NCBI GenBank assembly: GCA_025603075.1
Contig: MU626280.1
Span: 1-64,000, forward strand
Direction: 5' to 3'
From: Neoconidiobolus thromboides FSU 785
Taxonomy: Eukaryota > Fungi > Entomophthoromycota
Length of the DNA: 64,000 nucleotides
Made by a program: the position numbers and the translations under genes. Below are positions 1 through 10,728 of the stretch, one piece after another. Every line of letters starts with the position of its first letter. The first letter of the stretch is position 1. The notes beneath the pieces were generated by a model. That model did no database searches, was not told where the DNA came from, and saw only the letters and a program-made list of their open reading frames with translations.

Positions 1-674
1 TAACCATGCATCATATTACCACATGATGCACAAGGTGCTTGAACTTGTTGTTGTCCTTGATCATAAATTGGGGTTGGCTGTTTTTGTTCGACTTCAGCTT
101 TACTGCCTTTAACGTTGACATTCTGGGTTAAGTAAATGTTTGGACTGGGCTGAGCGACTTGTTGTGGGCATGGTTGTGGTTGTGGTTGTGGTTGTGGTTC
201 AGGTTGAGGTTGTGGTTCAGGTTGAGGTTGAGGTTGTGGTTCAGGTTGAGGTTGTGGGCATGGCTGAGGTTGAGGTTGTGGCTCAGGTTGTGGTTGAGGT
301 TGTGGCTCAGGTTGAGGTTGTGGGCATGGCTGAGGTTGAGGTTGAGGTTGTGGTTCAGGTTGAGGTTGAGGTTGTGGTTCAGGTTGAGGTTGTGGTTCAG
401 GTTGTGGGCATGGTTGAGGCTGAGGTTGAGGTTGAGGTTGGGGTTGTGGCTCAGGTTGAGGTTGAGGTTGGGGTTGTGGCTCAGGTTGAGGTTGACCGCA
501 TGGTTGAACTACTTGATTACAAGGCACACCTCCGCAAGTAGTAGCGCCAGATTGAGTGTCGGCAAGGTTAAATCTACCAGACAAACTAATGTTGTTTGGC
601 TGATTGATGGTAAATAAGTGAGCAGAGTTTACAAGGTAAGCAACAGTCAAAGATAAAAGCACTTTATTGAACAT
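1..674 (-). CDS. Secreted Pro/Gln/Glu-repeat protein with periodic Cys (putative wall/spore-coat structural protein); 3' end runs off the window
   Basis: Manual translation from ATG at 674: MFNKVLLSLTVAYLVNSAHLFTINQPNNISLSGRFNLADTQSGATTCGGVPCNQVVQPCGQ-(PQPQPE/PQPCPQ)n-...PCASCGNMMHG. No stop down to base 3. N-terminus is signal-peptide-like. Confidence 0.85.
   Translation of the reverse strand, partial: MFNKVLLSLTVAYLVNSAHLFTINQPNNISLSGRFNLADTQSGATTCGGVPCNQVVQPCGQPQPEPQPQPQPQPEPQPQPQPQPQPQPCPQPEPQPQPEPQPQPQPEPQPQPQPQPCPQPQPEPQPQPQPEPQPQPQPCPQPQPEPQPQPQPEPQPQPEPQPQPQPQPCPQQVAQPSPNIYLTQNVNVKGSKAEVEQKQPTPIYDQGQQQVQAPCASCGNMMHG
140..495. repeat. Coding tandem repeat built from 6-nt units (GGTTGA/GGTTGT/GGTTCA/GGCTCA) encoding PQ/PE on the minus strand
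   Basis: Directly visible repeat; it explains the spurious V-rich and LRLW ORFs on the + strand. Confidence 0.95.
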
Positions 675-1389
675 TTTGGAAGATAGTATTGTTAAGTATT
701 TAGAACACCTTTTTTATAATTTGTTGGAGGTTAATATTGGGTTTTTATAGTCTCTCCTTTGTATGTGTTCATGTTGGTGAGCTGTTTTTAGTTATTGTCT
801 ATCATATTACTTATCTATACTATCAGTAATTTTATCAGTAATTTTATGTTATCGATATTATTTTTGTAATAGCTAATATTAAATGGATTAATAACTTGTC
901 ATTTTTAATTTATTTCATGTTTAAATTAATATAGTGAACATAAGAAATACTATAGACATTGTATTAAAATTTATTTTTCAATATGGACTGTTTAAGAGTT
1001 TATCATAAATTGAGTTCACTTAATCAAACAAATTAAATTTATGACATTTAATTATTTTTAAGTTATTAAATCAATTAAATCACCTTTTTTATGTAAACTT
1101 TAATAAAGTTATCTCAAAAATTAGTCATAACTATTTAACAAAATTGTACATAGGCTATAAAGCTAAAATAAACTAACTTAATATAATCATACATAGATTA
1201 TAAAACTAAAATAAACTAATTTAATATTTTAGAAGCTATTTTCACATTAATAAAGGTATATTTAGATATGATTAAAGGATAGAGCATATCGGTTTCACTT
1301 TTAGTGTTAACTAAAGTGCAAAATTTAAAAAAAGATAGTATAACATAAACTCATAAACACTAGTTTAACTGTCAATCATTTATTAATGA

Positions 1390-1899
1390 CTAAAGAATAA
1401 TTTTGAACTTCAAATGGCTAGCTTGCTTCTTATTAGGTAGAGTAACAACTCCATCAACGACATATCTCCCACTTGGTATATTAGCTGGTACTTCAACCAC
1501 TTTAATAATTACATTATCGCCTTTTTGAATTGGACATTTAGTACTACCCTCCTCAATCTCTTTACAAAAATCGTAATCCTTTTCTATCACAGTAATGAGA
1601 CCAAGCTTAGCAATGACATGTGCTTTTGTACCTTCGATGATCTGCTGTTGAGCAGTACCAGTGATTGTAACTGTAACATTTTGGCCCCGTTCTGGTAGAC
1701 GTGGGAATAAAGCTACTTTGCTAACTAAGAAAGCATCGCTCGGGGAACCACAGTCGTATACGGTGTCATCAGTGATTGGGCGACAAGAAGCGGAGCTAGA
1801 AAATGTTTGGAGGTCAGAAAGAGAATCTGAATTTGAGACAATAAGCCCAGAGGCACTAGTAGCAAGGGCCATAAAGATAAAGGTTTGAGTAAATTGCAT
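1390..1899 (-). CDS. NPC2: NPC2/ML-domain (MD-2-related) lipid/sterol-binding protein, paralog A
   Basis: Signal peptide MQFTQTFIFMALATSASG. ML-domain motifs (P.RGQNVTVTITG, DFC...KCPIQKG, IPSGRYVV) with 4 Cys. True ATG is at 1899; the track start at 1917 is a TTG. Confidence 0.9.
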   Translation of the reverse strand: MQFTQTFIFMALATSASGLIVSNSDSLSDLQTFSSSASCRPITDDTVYDCGSPSDAFLVSKVALFPRLPERGQNVTVTITGTAQQQIIEGTKAHVIAKLGLITVIEKDYDFCKEIEEGSTKCPIQKGDNVIIKVVEVPANIPSGRYVVDGVVTLPNKKQASHLKFKIIL

Positions 1900-1966
1900 C
1901 TTTACAATTGAATTCAAGTGTAAATTAAACTACAAATATTTGATAATAATAAAAGCTATATTTTAG

Positions 1967-2387
1967 CTTTATATACTTTCTTTTTCATTACCATAGTTTA
2001 CTATTTTGATATAGAATTTCTATTAAATAGCTTTGATAGACTATAATAATTTTTAGTTTTAGGGTTGGTGCCACCGAAAATAGAACCATCATACTTATGT
2101 TTAGTAATCGTATTTCTATGATATTTTCAATGTAGATGAACATTTTAATCTTTAATTTGTTATCAATATTAAAAAGGTCAATTGTGTAAATGACAGTTGA
2201 TTGTTTATTGAAAGCTTATTTATCAATAAAAGTGTTTTTAATTTTAATTTTGGTTTTAGTTATTTATTTATCTCTTTTTTAAACGTAATGGATAGCGGCT
2301 TAATACTTTACTACTTTATTATATTTGACTATTTCTTCTTAGTCTTTTTATAAAACTAGACATAAACAGCTCAGTTTTTAGCACGTG
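1967..2387 (-). promoter_or_regulatory. NPC2-A promoter footprints: TATA-like AGTATATAAAG (1967-1977), GCCACCGAAAATAGAAC (2070-2086), E-box CACGTG (2382-2387)
   Basis: The same motifs occur in the same order and spacing upstream of paralog B. Confidence 0.6.
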
Positions 2388-3266
2388 TAATATAATTTAA
2401 CATATTATGAAGAAATATTCAAGTATTTACACAAGAGCATTAAATGGCTACTATCAGTGGTACAATCAAACTAAGCTTTTGTTTTGAATGACATTATTTA
2501 TTACAAAGAGAATAAAAATAGACTTTTATCTTGAAAATGGTAAATTCATATAGGTTTAAGTAATAGCTTGTTCTTAGCTAATTAGCCTGATATGTTTAGT
2601 TAGTTTAGTACTCTAAAAATGAATTCGTTTAAGAATATGGCAAGTCGGAACTCCATAATGGCCATTGGTTCAACAGGTGAATAAAGGTGGCTGTTTTTGT
2701 ACTAAAACCGAGAAAGTTCTAAAACTTTATAAACTTTTAAAGAAATGCTGCATACTATTATTTATTATATGTAAAACATTAGCGACAAATAAAAATTGTT
2801 TAAAAATTATGAAACCACAAAGGTGCCTTTTTGGCATGTTTAACTGAATTTGTATCTAGAATAAAATAGGTTGTTTCGATAAATATTTCTATAACTATGC
2901 AAAGCGCAATATGACATTAAATTAGCTTCAAACTATAATATATTGAATGTATGATATAAACTATCAAAAAAGCGCTATACCCCTTAAAAATCTGTTAATA
3001 ATCCTTGAGTATAATTGTTATAACATAATAATGTTAGCCAATAGATTTGATTATTTAAGATCATTTAAAGCATAATAAAAGATTATGGTTTATTGGAATA
3101 TAGGAAAAAACACTAATAAAATGCTTCATAAAAGGCAAGCCTTGATAAAAAAGACATCATGAACGTTGCTTAACCTTAATATATTTGATAGTGTTTTACT
3201 TATCAAACTGAAGCCTAAAGAATAGCCAGTTAGATATTCGAAAAAAATCTTTATGTTAATATATAT

Positions 3267-3365
3267 GGAGATGTATTTTTGTGTTTAAGAATTTTACTAA
3301 TAACTTTTCCACTCGAATAGTGCTTAAAAGGTGGAAAAAATAACGAAGCCAAAAAAAACATCCCC
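3267..3365 (+). mobile_element. MITE copy (~97-bp family)
   Basis: GGAGATG...CATCCCC termini, ATAT TSD. Confidence 0.9.
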
Positions 3366-4008
3366 ATATATCAAATGTCAATTGGTACTAACTTTTGAGC
3401 TCATTAAATGTAATTTTATTTATTTATAAAATCTACCAACACAAGGAATGATTATGATTATAGCGTGAGCAGATGATACTATTTATAGTCTAGTATAGGA
3501 TACTTTATAAAGCTAACTAAAGTTCCTCTTTTTAACATTAGCCTATCTTGATGCTGAATCAGATTTTATAATAATGAATGTTAATAATATCACACATATA
3601 CTTCCTCAAACTATTTTTAATTTTGAACAAAATTATAACATCAGATTATCTTTTGATTGAAGCAATGCCTAACATAATATGGCATAACCATAAATTAGAT
3701 TTACAGCACCATTCAGCTAAAAAGACATAAAATTAAAATAGTAGAGTATTCTGAGGATCGTATTATAAATACTATTTGTTTTGACATAATATCATTATTA
3801 AACTTATGGTTTTTACCGCTACTGTTTGCTACCAATTACTTTTTAAAATACTTTAATACTACTTTTCAAAATAGTCAATTATAAACACCAAGTCGGTATC
3901 TTACATATAATTTAGAACTCATTTTATATGAACATAGATCAAATAATTGATAAAATTATCCAAATAAAATTTTTAATACTTCATTACACCAAAATAGGTC
4001 ATTTTACC

Positions 4009-5053
4009 TTAGTAAGCACTATAACTATTTTCATTACTTCCATAACTATTATGATGCTCAGATGAGCTTGGGCGGCTAAAAGATCCTAAGCTACTAGAAG
4101 AGCCTGGATAACTAGAGGATCCTGGGTTACATAAGGAGTTTGAGCCGTTAGAGGATTTTGAATCATCGGAAGGGCACGGACCACTAGAAGAATTTGAAAT
4201 ATCTGAAGAGCTTGAGTTACTAGAAGATCATTTAATATCTAATTGTCCTGAAGTTTTTAATCGCGTTGAATATTCTGGTCATTTTGGGTTATTTAAAGAG
4301 TCTGAGCTACCGAAAAGGCCATGATTGTCTGCTATTTCTGAAATTCTAGAAAATTCTGAGCCGCTTGGTTGTTTTAGAGTTTCAGATGAGCCTGGATCTT
4401 TTATTTGCTCTAGAGCATCGAACAATTTCCAAGTTCCAGATTGCCCTGAAATGTCTGATAAAGTTGAAATATTTGATTTTTGTTGGATTTTACATTTGGT
4501 TCCGATACTTGGCTGCTTCGAGGTGCCGGAGATGCTTGGAATATTTAATTACTCTAGAGCTTCAAATGGATTCAGGATATTTGGTTGTTGTGGAGTTCTA
4601 TAAATGCTTGAATTACTTAGTTGTTTTGGTGCTTTAGTTAGATTTTCAATATATATTTGGCCTGGGATTTACAGGATTATTGAAGCGCCTAATCATCCTG
4701 AGGCATCGGAATGCTTGTGACGTTTAGCTAACCTAGAGTATTATATGATTCATGATTTCCAGGACAACCACCATATCTATATAATCCATGATTTTTTAAA
4801 TAGCCATGATTTCCATATGCTGCATGCTTCCTTAAATAATCATAGTTTTTATATGTCCCTGACCTATTTAAATAATCGTGTCCTTAACCTATACAGTACC
4901 AAGAATATTTAAAATATCATCTTAAGAATTCTGATAGATCAAATCGATTATAACTATTACTTGAACTACTTTCGTAATCATCACTTGATTTAGTTCCATA
5001 GCTATATCTTTTAGCAGCTATTGCTTAATCGCTAACTAAGTTATTATTTTCAG
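4009..5053 (-). pseudogene. Decayed Ser/Gly/His/Tyr-rich low-complexity (probably secreted) protein gene
   Basis: Minus frame ending at TAA 4009-4011 reads ...SSSNSSSSDISNSSSGPCPSDDSKSSNGSNSLCNPGSSSYPGSSSS...SYSAY*. It is interrupted by point nonsense codons (4228, 4279, 4549 and others) and at least one frameshift. The upstream part reads AAYGNHGYLKNHGLYRYGGCPGNHESY. Confidence 0.6.
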
Positions 5054-6509
5054 TAAGTTTAAGGCAGAAATAATAGCTAAGAACGAGATAAGTATTAATA
5101 AAAGATTTCACGCTCTATAATCAATTTTTAAGTGTATCCCAGTATACAGTGAATAGTGAATACTGAAATAGATCGATAGTAGTTTGACTTTGTATTTTGT
5201 TTGCTTATATACTCCATCGTTTGTAATAGTTCTATAATACTTGTCAATTCGTATATCCTTCATGATATATTATATTTATTATAAGCCATCAACTAATTCA
5301 TCATAGGCTAATAGCTTATAAACAAGGGTATATAATTTCGGTTGACAACTGTTAATATTCAGTCGTGTAGTGGTTAAAACTGATTTTTATTTCAATGCTT
5401 AGATATTTATTTTAAAATAAAAATTTCTATTTTGCAAATTGAGCTTTAACAGCTGTATAGTTTTACAGTCATCAAAAGTACTTATTGCTAGTAATCAGCA
5501 TCCATTAATTTCCTATTTTAAGATCAACAAAAGCTATTTAGTACGTTAGTCTACTGCTTTATAACTTTTTGTTGAAATATTGCTGATTATTCCTTAAGTA
5601 TAGTTTATTTAAGATATTAAATTTTTTTTAAATTATTCTACTTTTATATATCTGTTTAAACTTAATATGATTTTATCATGATACATTAATTTAAATCCAA
5701 GGTTCAACTTTTCTCCTGTTGATTTTTGTAAAGCTAGCAATCCAAATAATACAAAGATAGTGATATTTTAATATTTAAATTTGTAGATTTAAATTTAAAA
5801 ACTAGAAGATTTAATTAATTTTTTAGCATACTCAACGAAAAAGCTAATAAAGAGCTTGCTTAAAATGGAGAGAAAGGGTACAAGTTGATTATAATATAAA
5901 AAAATCACTAAATAAAATTAATAAGGTTTTACTGTGATTAAATATACTATAAGTATTTATTTTTTTGGTCGTTTACATTTAGACTGCTTCATAAATAGAT
6001 AAGGCTTCATAAAAACAAGCAGAATTGGCAATTTCTTAAATATCTAAAAAGATTAAAATTATTATAACACTACCCCTAGTTCTTTTTTTATCGGATTCAT
6101 CCACAGAGCTTTTATTCGACGTTTAAAAATGAGAGTAAACTAGGAAATTAATAAGCTTATATACTAAAATAAATATAAAATTATTACTCCCTTATGTAAA
6201 TTTTAAAGGCTTGGAAAAAGATGATGATGCGAACAAATAATCCTAATAAACTTTTTTTAACTTTTGGTTTTTTTAAAGAATAACCTGAATTTTATTCCTA
6301 AAAAACTCATTTATTTAAACCAGGGTTATCACAATATATTATAACTCCATGACTTATCAAAATAACTTGAAGTTAAAGTATACCAAAGAAACGATATTCT
6401 TCTAAACTAGAAATAAGAACTGAGATTCAAAATTAATAACATGTAAACAGTGGGTTAAACCGAGATCAAAGTATAAATGCCTTATAATCAATCTTAAATT
6501 AAAACAATT

Positions 6510-7565
6510 CGTCTAGTTCTCGTTATACAGTTGCATCGTTACCTTCTTTTAATAAAACGGCGCTTTTACTATATGTTTTTTTATTGCCCCTATCCGAAGC
6601 GCTATAGAAAATACCGAATAAATTGATGAAGATAAGAATACTCAAGGCTAAATTACATTTAAGGCATTAAACAAAAGAAACTGCCAAGCTTTGTCTAAGC
6701 CTGTAACCATATATTAGTATAAACTAACGGAGTATATTATTGTCACATAAATAAGAGTAGGCGCTGTAATGAAAGTGGCAACTGAGGATGTATTTTTATG
6801 TTCAAGAATTTTACTAACAATTTTTTTGCCCAAATAGTACTTAAAACATTTAAAGAGTAATTAAGTCAAAAAAACACCCCGAACTGTAACAAACAATGTG
6901 AACTCAGGCTTCCAATAGCTCAAAACCAAAATCAAGTAGATACCACATCCCTTATTACACTTCAGCTGCCGAAAAACCTAATCCAAATAAATCTTATACC
7001 ATTCTAGCCCTTGTTTTACATCCTTCCCCCGCTTATAATCCTACCACCTCTTCTAAGCCAACTAAAACAGTTTTTGATTACAAATCTATTCAGAGTGTTC
7101 CAAGTAGTATGGCAGCATTGATGAAAGAAGCGTTAAAATCCTATACAGAGTCGATGTTCCACATGTAGAAGTATCCAAATAGCTATATAAAGCTGATAAA
7201 CGTTTAATAGACTCAGCTCAAAAACATACTAAAGATCAAGTAGCTCAAAAGAAAACGTCTCTTACTAGAAGTAAAACTCCATGTTACCTTGACCTTATAA
7301 AGGTAGCTAGGCATCTAGCTAAAGACGGACCAGAGAGCGCTGCATGAGACCAAAGGGTTGTTGCTTGCATGGTTGCTTCTTGGATAAAGTCACTAGGATA
7401 TTACCACTGTCTTTGCAAGTTATGAATGTTTTTTCTGGGGCCAAAAGGACTTCATTGAATTTAAACTTTTGGTAGGCGGTACTGACTGCCCTAAGGCTGT
7501 TGTTACCTATTGTAAAGATTTCCCAGCTTGAGATCCAAACAACATTTGAAATTATATTAGATAGT
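6510..7565 (+). pseudogene. Decayed Cys/Trp-patterned gene, copy 1 (paralog of 36630-37500), interrupted by a MITE
   Basis: Alignable by eye with 36.6-37.5 kb. C-terminal remnant KDFIEFKLLVGGTDCPKAVVTYCKDFPA*DPNNI*NYIR. Multiple stops and frameshifts. Confidence 0.6.
6784..6881 (+). mobile_element. MITE copy
   Basis: AACT TSD on both sides; empty site present in the paralogous sequence at ~36895-36905. Confidence 0.9.
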
Positions 7566-8356
7566 TTTCATTATTTATTTGTAACTTTCACAAAATTTAG
7601 TTTACTGTTTTATCATATTTCAATTTGTAAAAATGATTCTATTACTTCAAGAAGTTTATAATCAAAGATCATCTCTACATTTCTCATCATAGAAGAACCC
7701 GCCTTCTTAAGAAGGCGACCTTTTGGTCCAAGATTAAGATCTAATGATGACCTTAGTCGGAGCCTCTCAGTCCTTAATTTAAGCTTGTTGTTGCTTCTTC
7801 TCTTGTTTGTTTAAATTGATAATTTCTTAAATAAAACATACTACTGCAGGGGTGATTATCCTAAAAAAGCTTTCATTAATAAAACGTTTTTTATATACTG
7901 AAGATTTTTATGGAGTGATTATCTTAAAAGTATTTATTCTTCTGTGTTTTCAATTCGATATGAACTAAACCCAAATTTTAGTTGTATTTATTTAAAATTT
8001 TTAGAAAAAAGTTAATAAAGTAGCAAAACACGTTTATATTGTAGATTATTTATAAATAAAATGATAATTTTCCAAAAGTTTTGATTCATAATTTGATTAT
8101 TAAGGTAGTTTGCATCACTTTAGCTCTGATGATTTATTTTATGTCTCAGACTAACCATGAAATTCACACCATGTTTTAGCTACAAATAGCCATTAGTATT
8201 ATTTATAATTACTTTCATACTAATGTGGTAAACACTTGAACCTATTTTCCATAATCTTATTGATATTAAGATATACAAAAGGTTATAATGAAACATCTAC
8301 TTATACTTTTTGCTCTGTTATTACTTCATAAAAGGTTTTTATTTATGCTAATATAT

Positions 8357-8455
8357 GGGGATGTATTTTTGTATTTAAGAGTTTTACTAGTAATTTTTCC
8401 ACTCAAATAGCGCTTGAAAGATGGAAAAAGTAATGAAGCCAAAAAAAACAATCCC
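8357..8455 (+). mobile_element. MITE copy
   Basis: GGGGATG...CAATCCC termini, ATAT TSD. Confidence 0.9.
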
Positions 8456-8460
8456 ATATG

Positions 8461-8975
8461 GAAATCCTCAGCCTTTATCGCACAAAGAAATAGACCACTA
8501 TGATTGGATTAAAATTAAGGGATAATCCATAACCAATCAAATGCACCCAGTCTATCATTACCAGGAAATTGAAACTGGCCTGAAGTAAATCAAATCAATC
8601 AATGCATGGCAAAAGGAAGCCCCACCTATTAGTTGATGGAAACCTTCAGTCACACAAGTAAACCTATCTTTGTAATTGGTTTGAAGCTAAGGGACAAACC
8701 AAGGTAAATTAATTGGATCCAGTCTATTATTTCTAGAAAGTTAAAAATGAATTAAACTAAATCAACTAAAGTACAGTGAAAAGAAGCCATTAAGAGACTT
8801 GTCAAGGTGATACAAGGGAAGGTAACCATAATGTTTAAACCTAATACTTCTTGTGCTTTTTTGTTAACCTCTAGATAGAATCCAAGGTGTATAAAAACCT
8901 GACTTAATTAATCAAATAAACATTATCAGTCAAAAAAATTAACTAACATACTATACTATACTATACTATACTATA
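8461..8975 (+). mobile_element. Possible 3' fragment of a decayed non-LTR retroelement ending in an (ACTAT)5 tail
   Basis: Coding-like composition with a stop-riddled + frame (HKEIDHYDWIKIKG*...NAWQKEAPP...), followed by a short tandem-repeat tail at ~8949-8975. No diagnostic RT motif recognised. Confidence 0.3.
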
Positions 8976-9733
8976 TGGTCAATAGGATACTTGTGTTTTT
9001 AAACTCAATATATTCAAGAATGAAACGATCAAATAAAATTTAACAAATTTGAAAAAATAATAACGATAAAACCTTCCCAAAAATTAAATTACTCTTCTTG
9101 AATGATTGAGCTTGAGCTTTTACAAATTTCGGTCAATAAATTTTTTATTATTAGCAGTAGCAATTAAGTTAGCTTGTATATACATCTCTAAAAGAGTAAA
9201 AAAGCCCCTGAACGGCTTTCAATAAATAAAATTACCGATAAAATGCCGCTACAGAAGAAATGAAACCAGAAATTGGATGTCCTCTATTTCATCACTCATT
9301 TAAAATCTAATAATGGTTGATTGAATTATTTTTTCTGTTATTTTCTCATTTAATGAAGGGGAAGGTGTAACATAGTAATTTTCTTAAAAGTGCAAACAAA
9401 TTCGCGAATCAAAAATTATTTAATGATCAATACTTATACTATAATACAAATATATATTGTATAAGAAAACAAATAACTTAACTTATAAATCTATAGCTAG
9501 AAAATAGGTTGTATTGAAGTCAAACAATTCAATATTAGAGACAAATATAAAAATCTAATGCTTAATGAAAAATATATAATTTACTCTATGAGTTTATACT
9601 ACTATATGGTTTTTAAATAAATACATACATAAGATATTTTAAACTCAAGTTATTGATAAATTTAAAAAACTTATTCTGCATCATTTTAAATTTTAGCTCT
9701 TAAAGTTAAACTTTTAAAAACTTTTATTGAGAC

Positions 9734-10243
9734 TTAAAGTCTAAGTTTGAGTTGGATACGACTGACTTGTTTCTTGTTTGGAAGAGTAACAAGACCATCG
9801 ACAAGGTAATTACCACCTGGGATATTGGAAGGAACCTCAACAACTTTAGTAATAACGTGATCACCCTTCTGAATTGGGCATTTAAGTTTATCATCTTCAA
9901 CATATTCACAGAAATCATAATCTTTATCAACAACAGTAAAAATACCAAGTTTAGCAGTAACATGAGCGTTGGTACCTTTAGAGATTTCTTGCTGAGCAGT
10001 ACCAGTGATAGTCACGGTGAGTTTTTGTCCTCTTTTTGGTACACGTGGGTTGAGAGTAACCTTCTTGATCAAGAAAGCATCACTTGAAGAACCACAGTCA
10101 TAGACGGTATCATCAGTGATTGGGCGGCAAGCAGCAGAGATAGCAAATCTTTCACCATCAAATGGAGCATCGAATTTTGGCTCAATCAAAGCAGAGGCGC
10201 TGGTAGCAAGGGCAAAAAGAGCAAAGATCTGAGTGAGTTGCAT
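9734..10243 (-). CDS. NPC2: NPC2/ML-domain lipid/sterol-binding protein, paralog B
   Basis: Signal peptide and ML domain; shares ACRPITDDTVYDCGS, TVTITGTAQQ and KCPIQKGD with paralog A. Intronless. Confidence 0.9.
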   Translation of the reverse strand: MQLTQIFALFALATSASALIEPKFDAPFDGERFAISAACRPITDDTVYDCGSSSDAFLIKKVTLNPRVPKRGQKLTVTITGTAQQEISKGTNAHVTAKLGIFTVVDKDYDFCEYVEDDKLKCPIQKGDHVITKVVEVPSNIPGGNYLVDGLVTLPNKKQVSRIQLKLRL

Positions 10244-10312
10244 TTTTATGACTAGGTTTGAGTAAATATTAAATTATCAAAGTATGATAAAGATATTATT
10301 GGTTTGATCCAA

Positions 10313-10728
10313 CTTTATATACTATTTTCTGGTATAGTGCTTTTACCAGTATTTTGTTGTTTTATATATGTATGTCATATTACATAGTTTTGATAGAACA
10401 AGAGCATACATATTTTTAGTTTGGAGCCACAAAAATAGAACTAATTTTTTTCATATTTAGTAATTTTTTGAATTTGCGTATCGGTTATAATGAATGTTTT
10501 GATTTTTAAATCATCATCATTAATGTCAAAAACTATAATATTATGAAGCGATGTATGCTTATTGATACAATTGTTAAATATTGTTTTATTTAACAACTCA
10601 TCAACTATAACCCTTATCATATATAACAAGATAACTAAACATTGATTTGTTGTCTTTACTTTGTTAAGGCTTTAATATTTAGGAACATCCTCTGCATTTG
10701 AATACAAGGAAAGTGCTTTTAACACGTG
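10313..10728 (-). promoter_or_regulatory. NPC2-B promoter footprints: TATA-like (10313-10323), GCCACAAAAATAGAAC (10426-10441), E-box CACGTG (10723-10728)
   Basis: Positionally conserved with the paralog A promoter. Confidence 0.6.

Noticed and set aside
140-617. + strand ORFs 140-541 (poly-V/E) and 159-617 (LRLW repeats)
   Set aside because: Antisense shadows of the minus-strand PQ-repeat gene, which has a proper ATG and signal peptide.
5358-5385. tRNA A-box/D-arm-like AGTCGTGTAGTGGTTAAAAC
   Set aside because: No anticodon arm, T-loop/B-box or acceptor stem follows.
7340-7560. TGA at conserved Trp positions as evidence for a TGA=Trp genetic code
   Set aside because: The same region has frameshifts and TAA/TAG stops, the paralog has TAG at one such Trp, and an intact neighbouring gene (13173-13724) ends in TGA. 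Simple G-to-A decay explains it.
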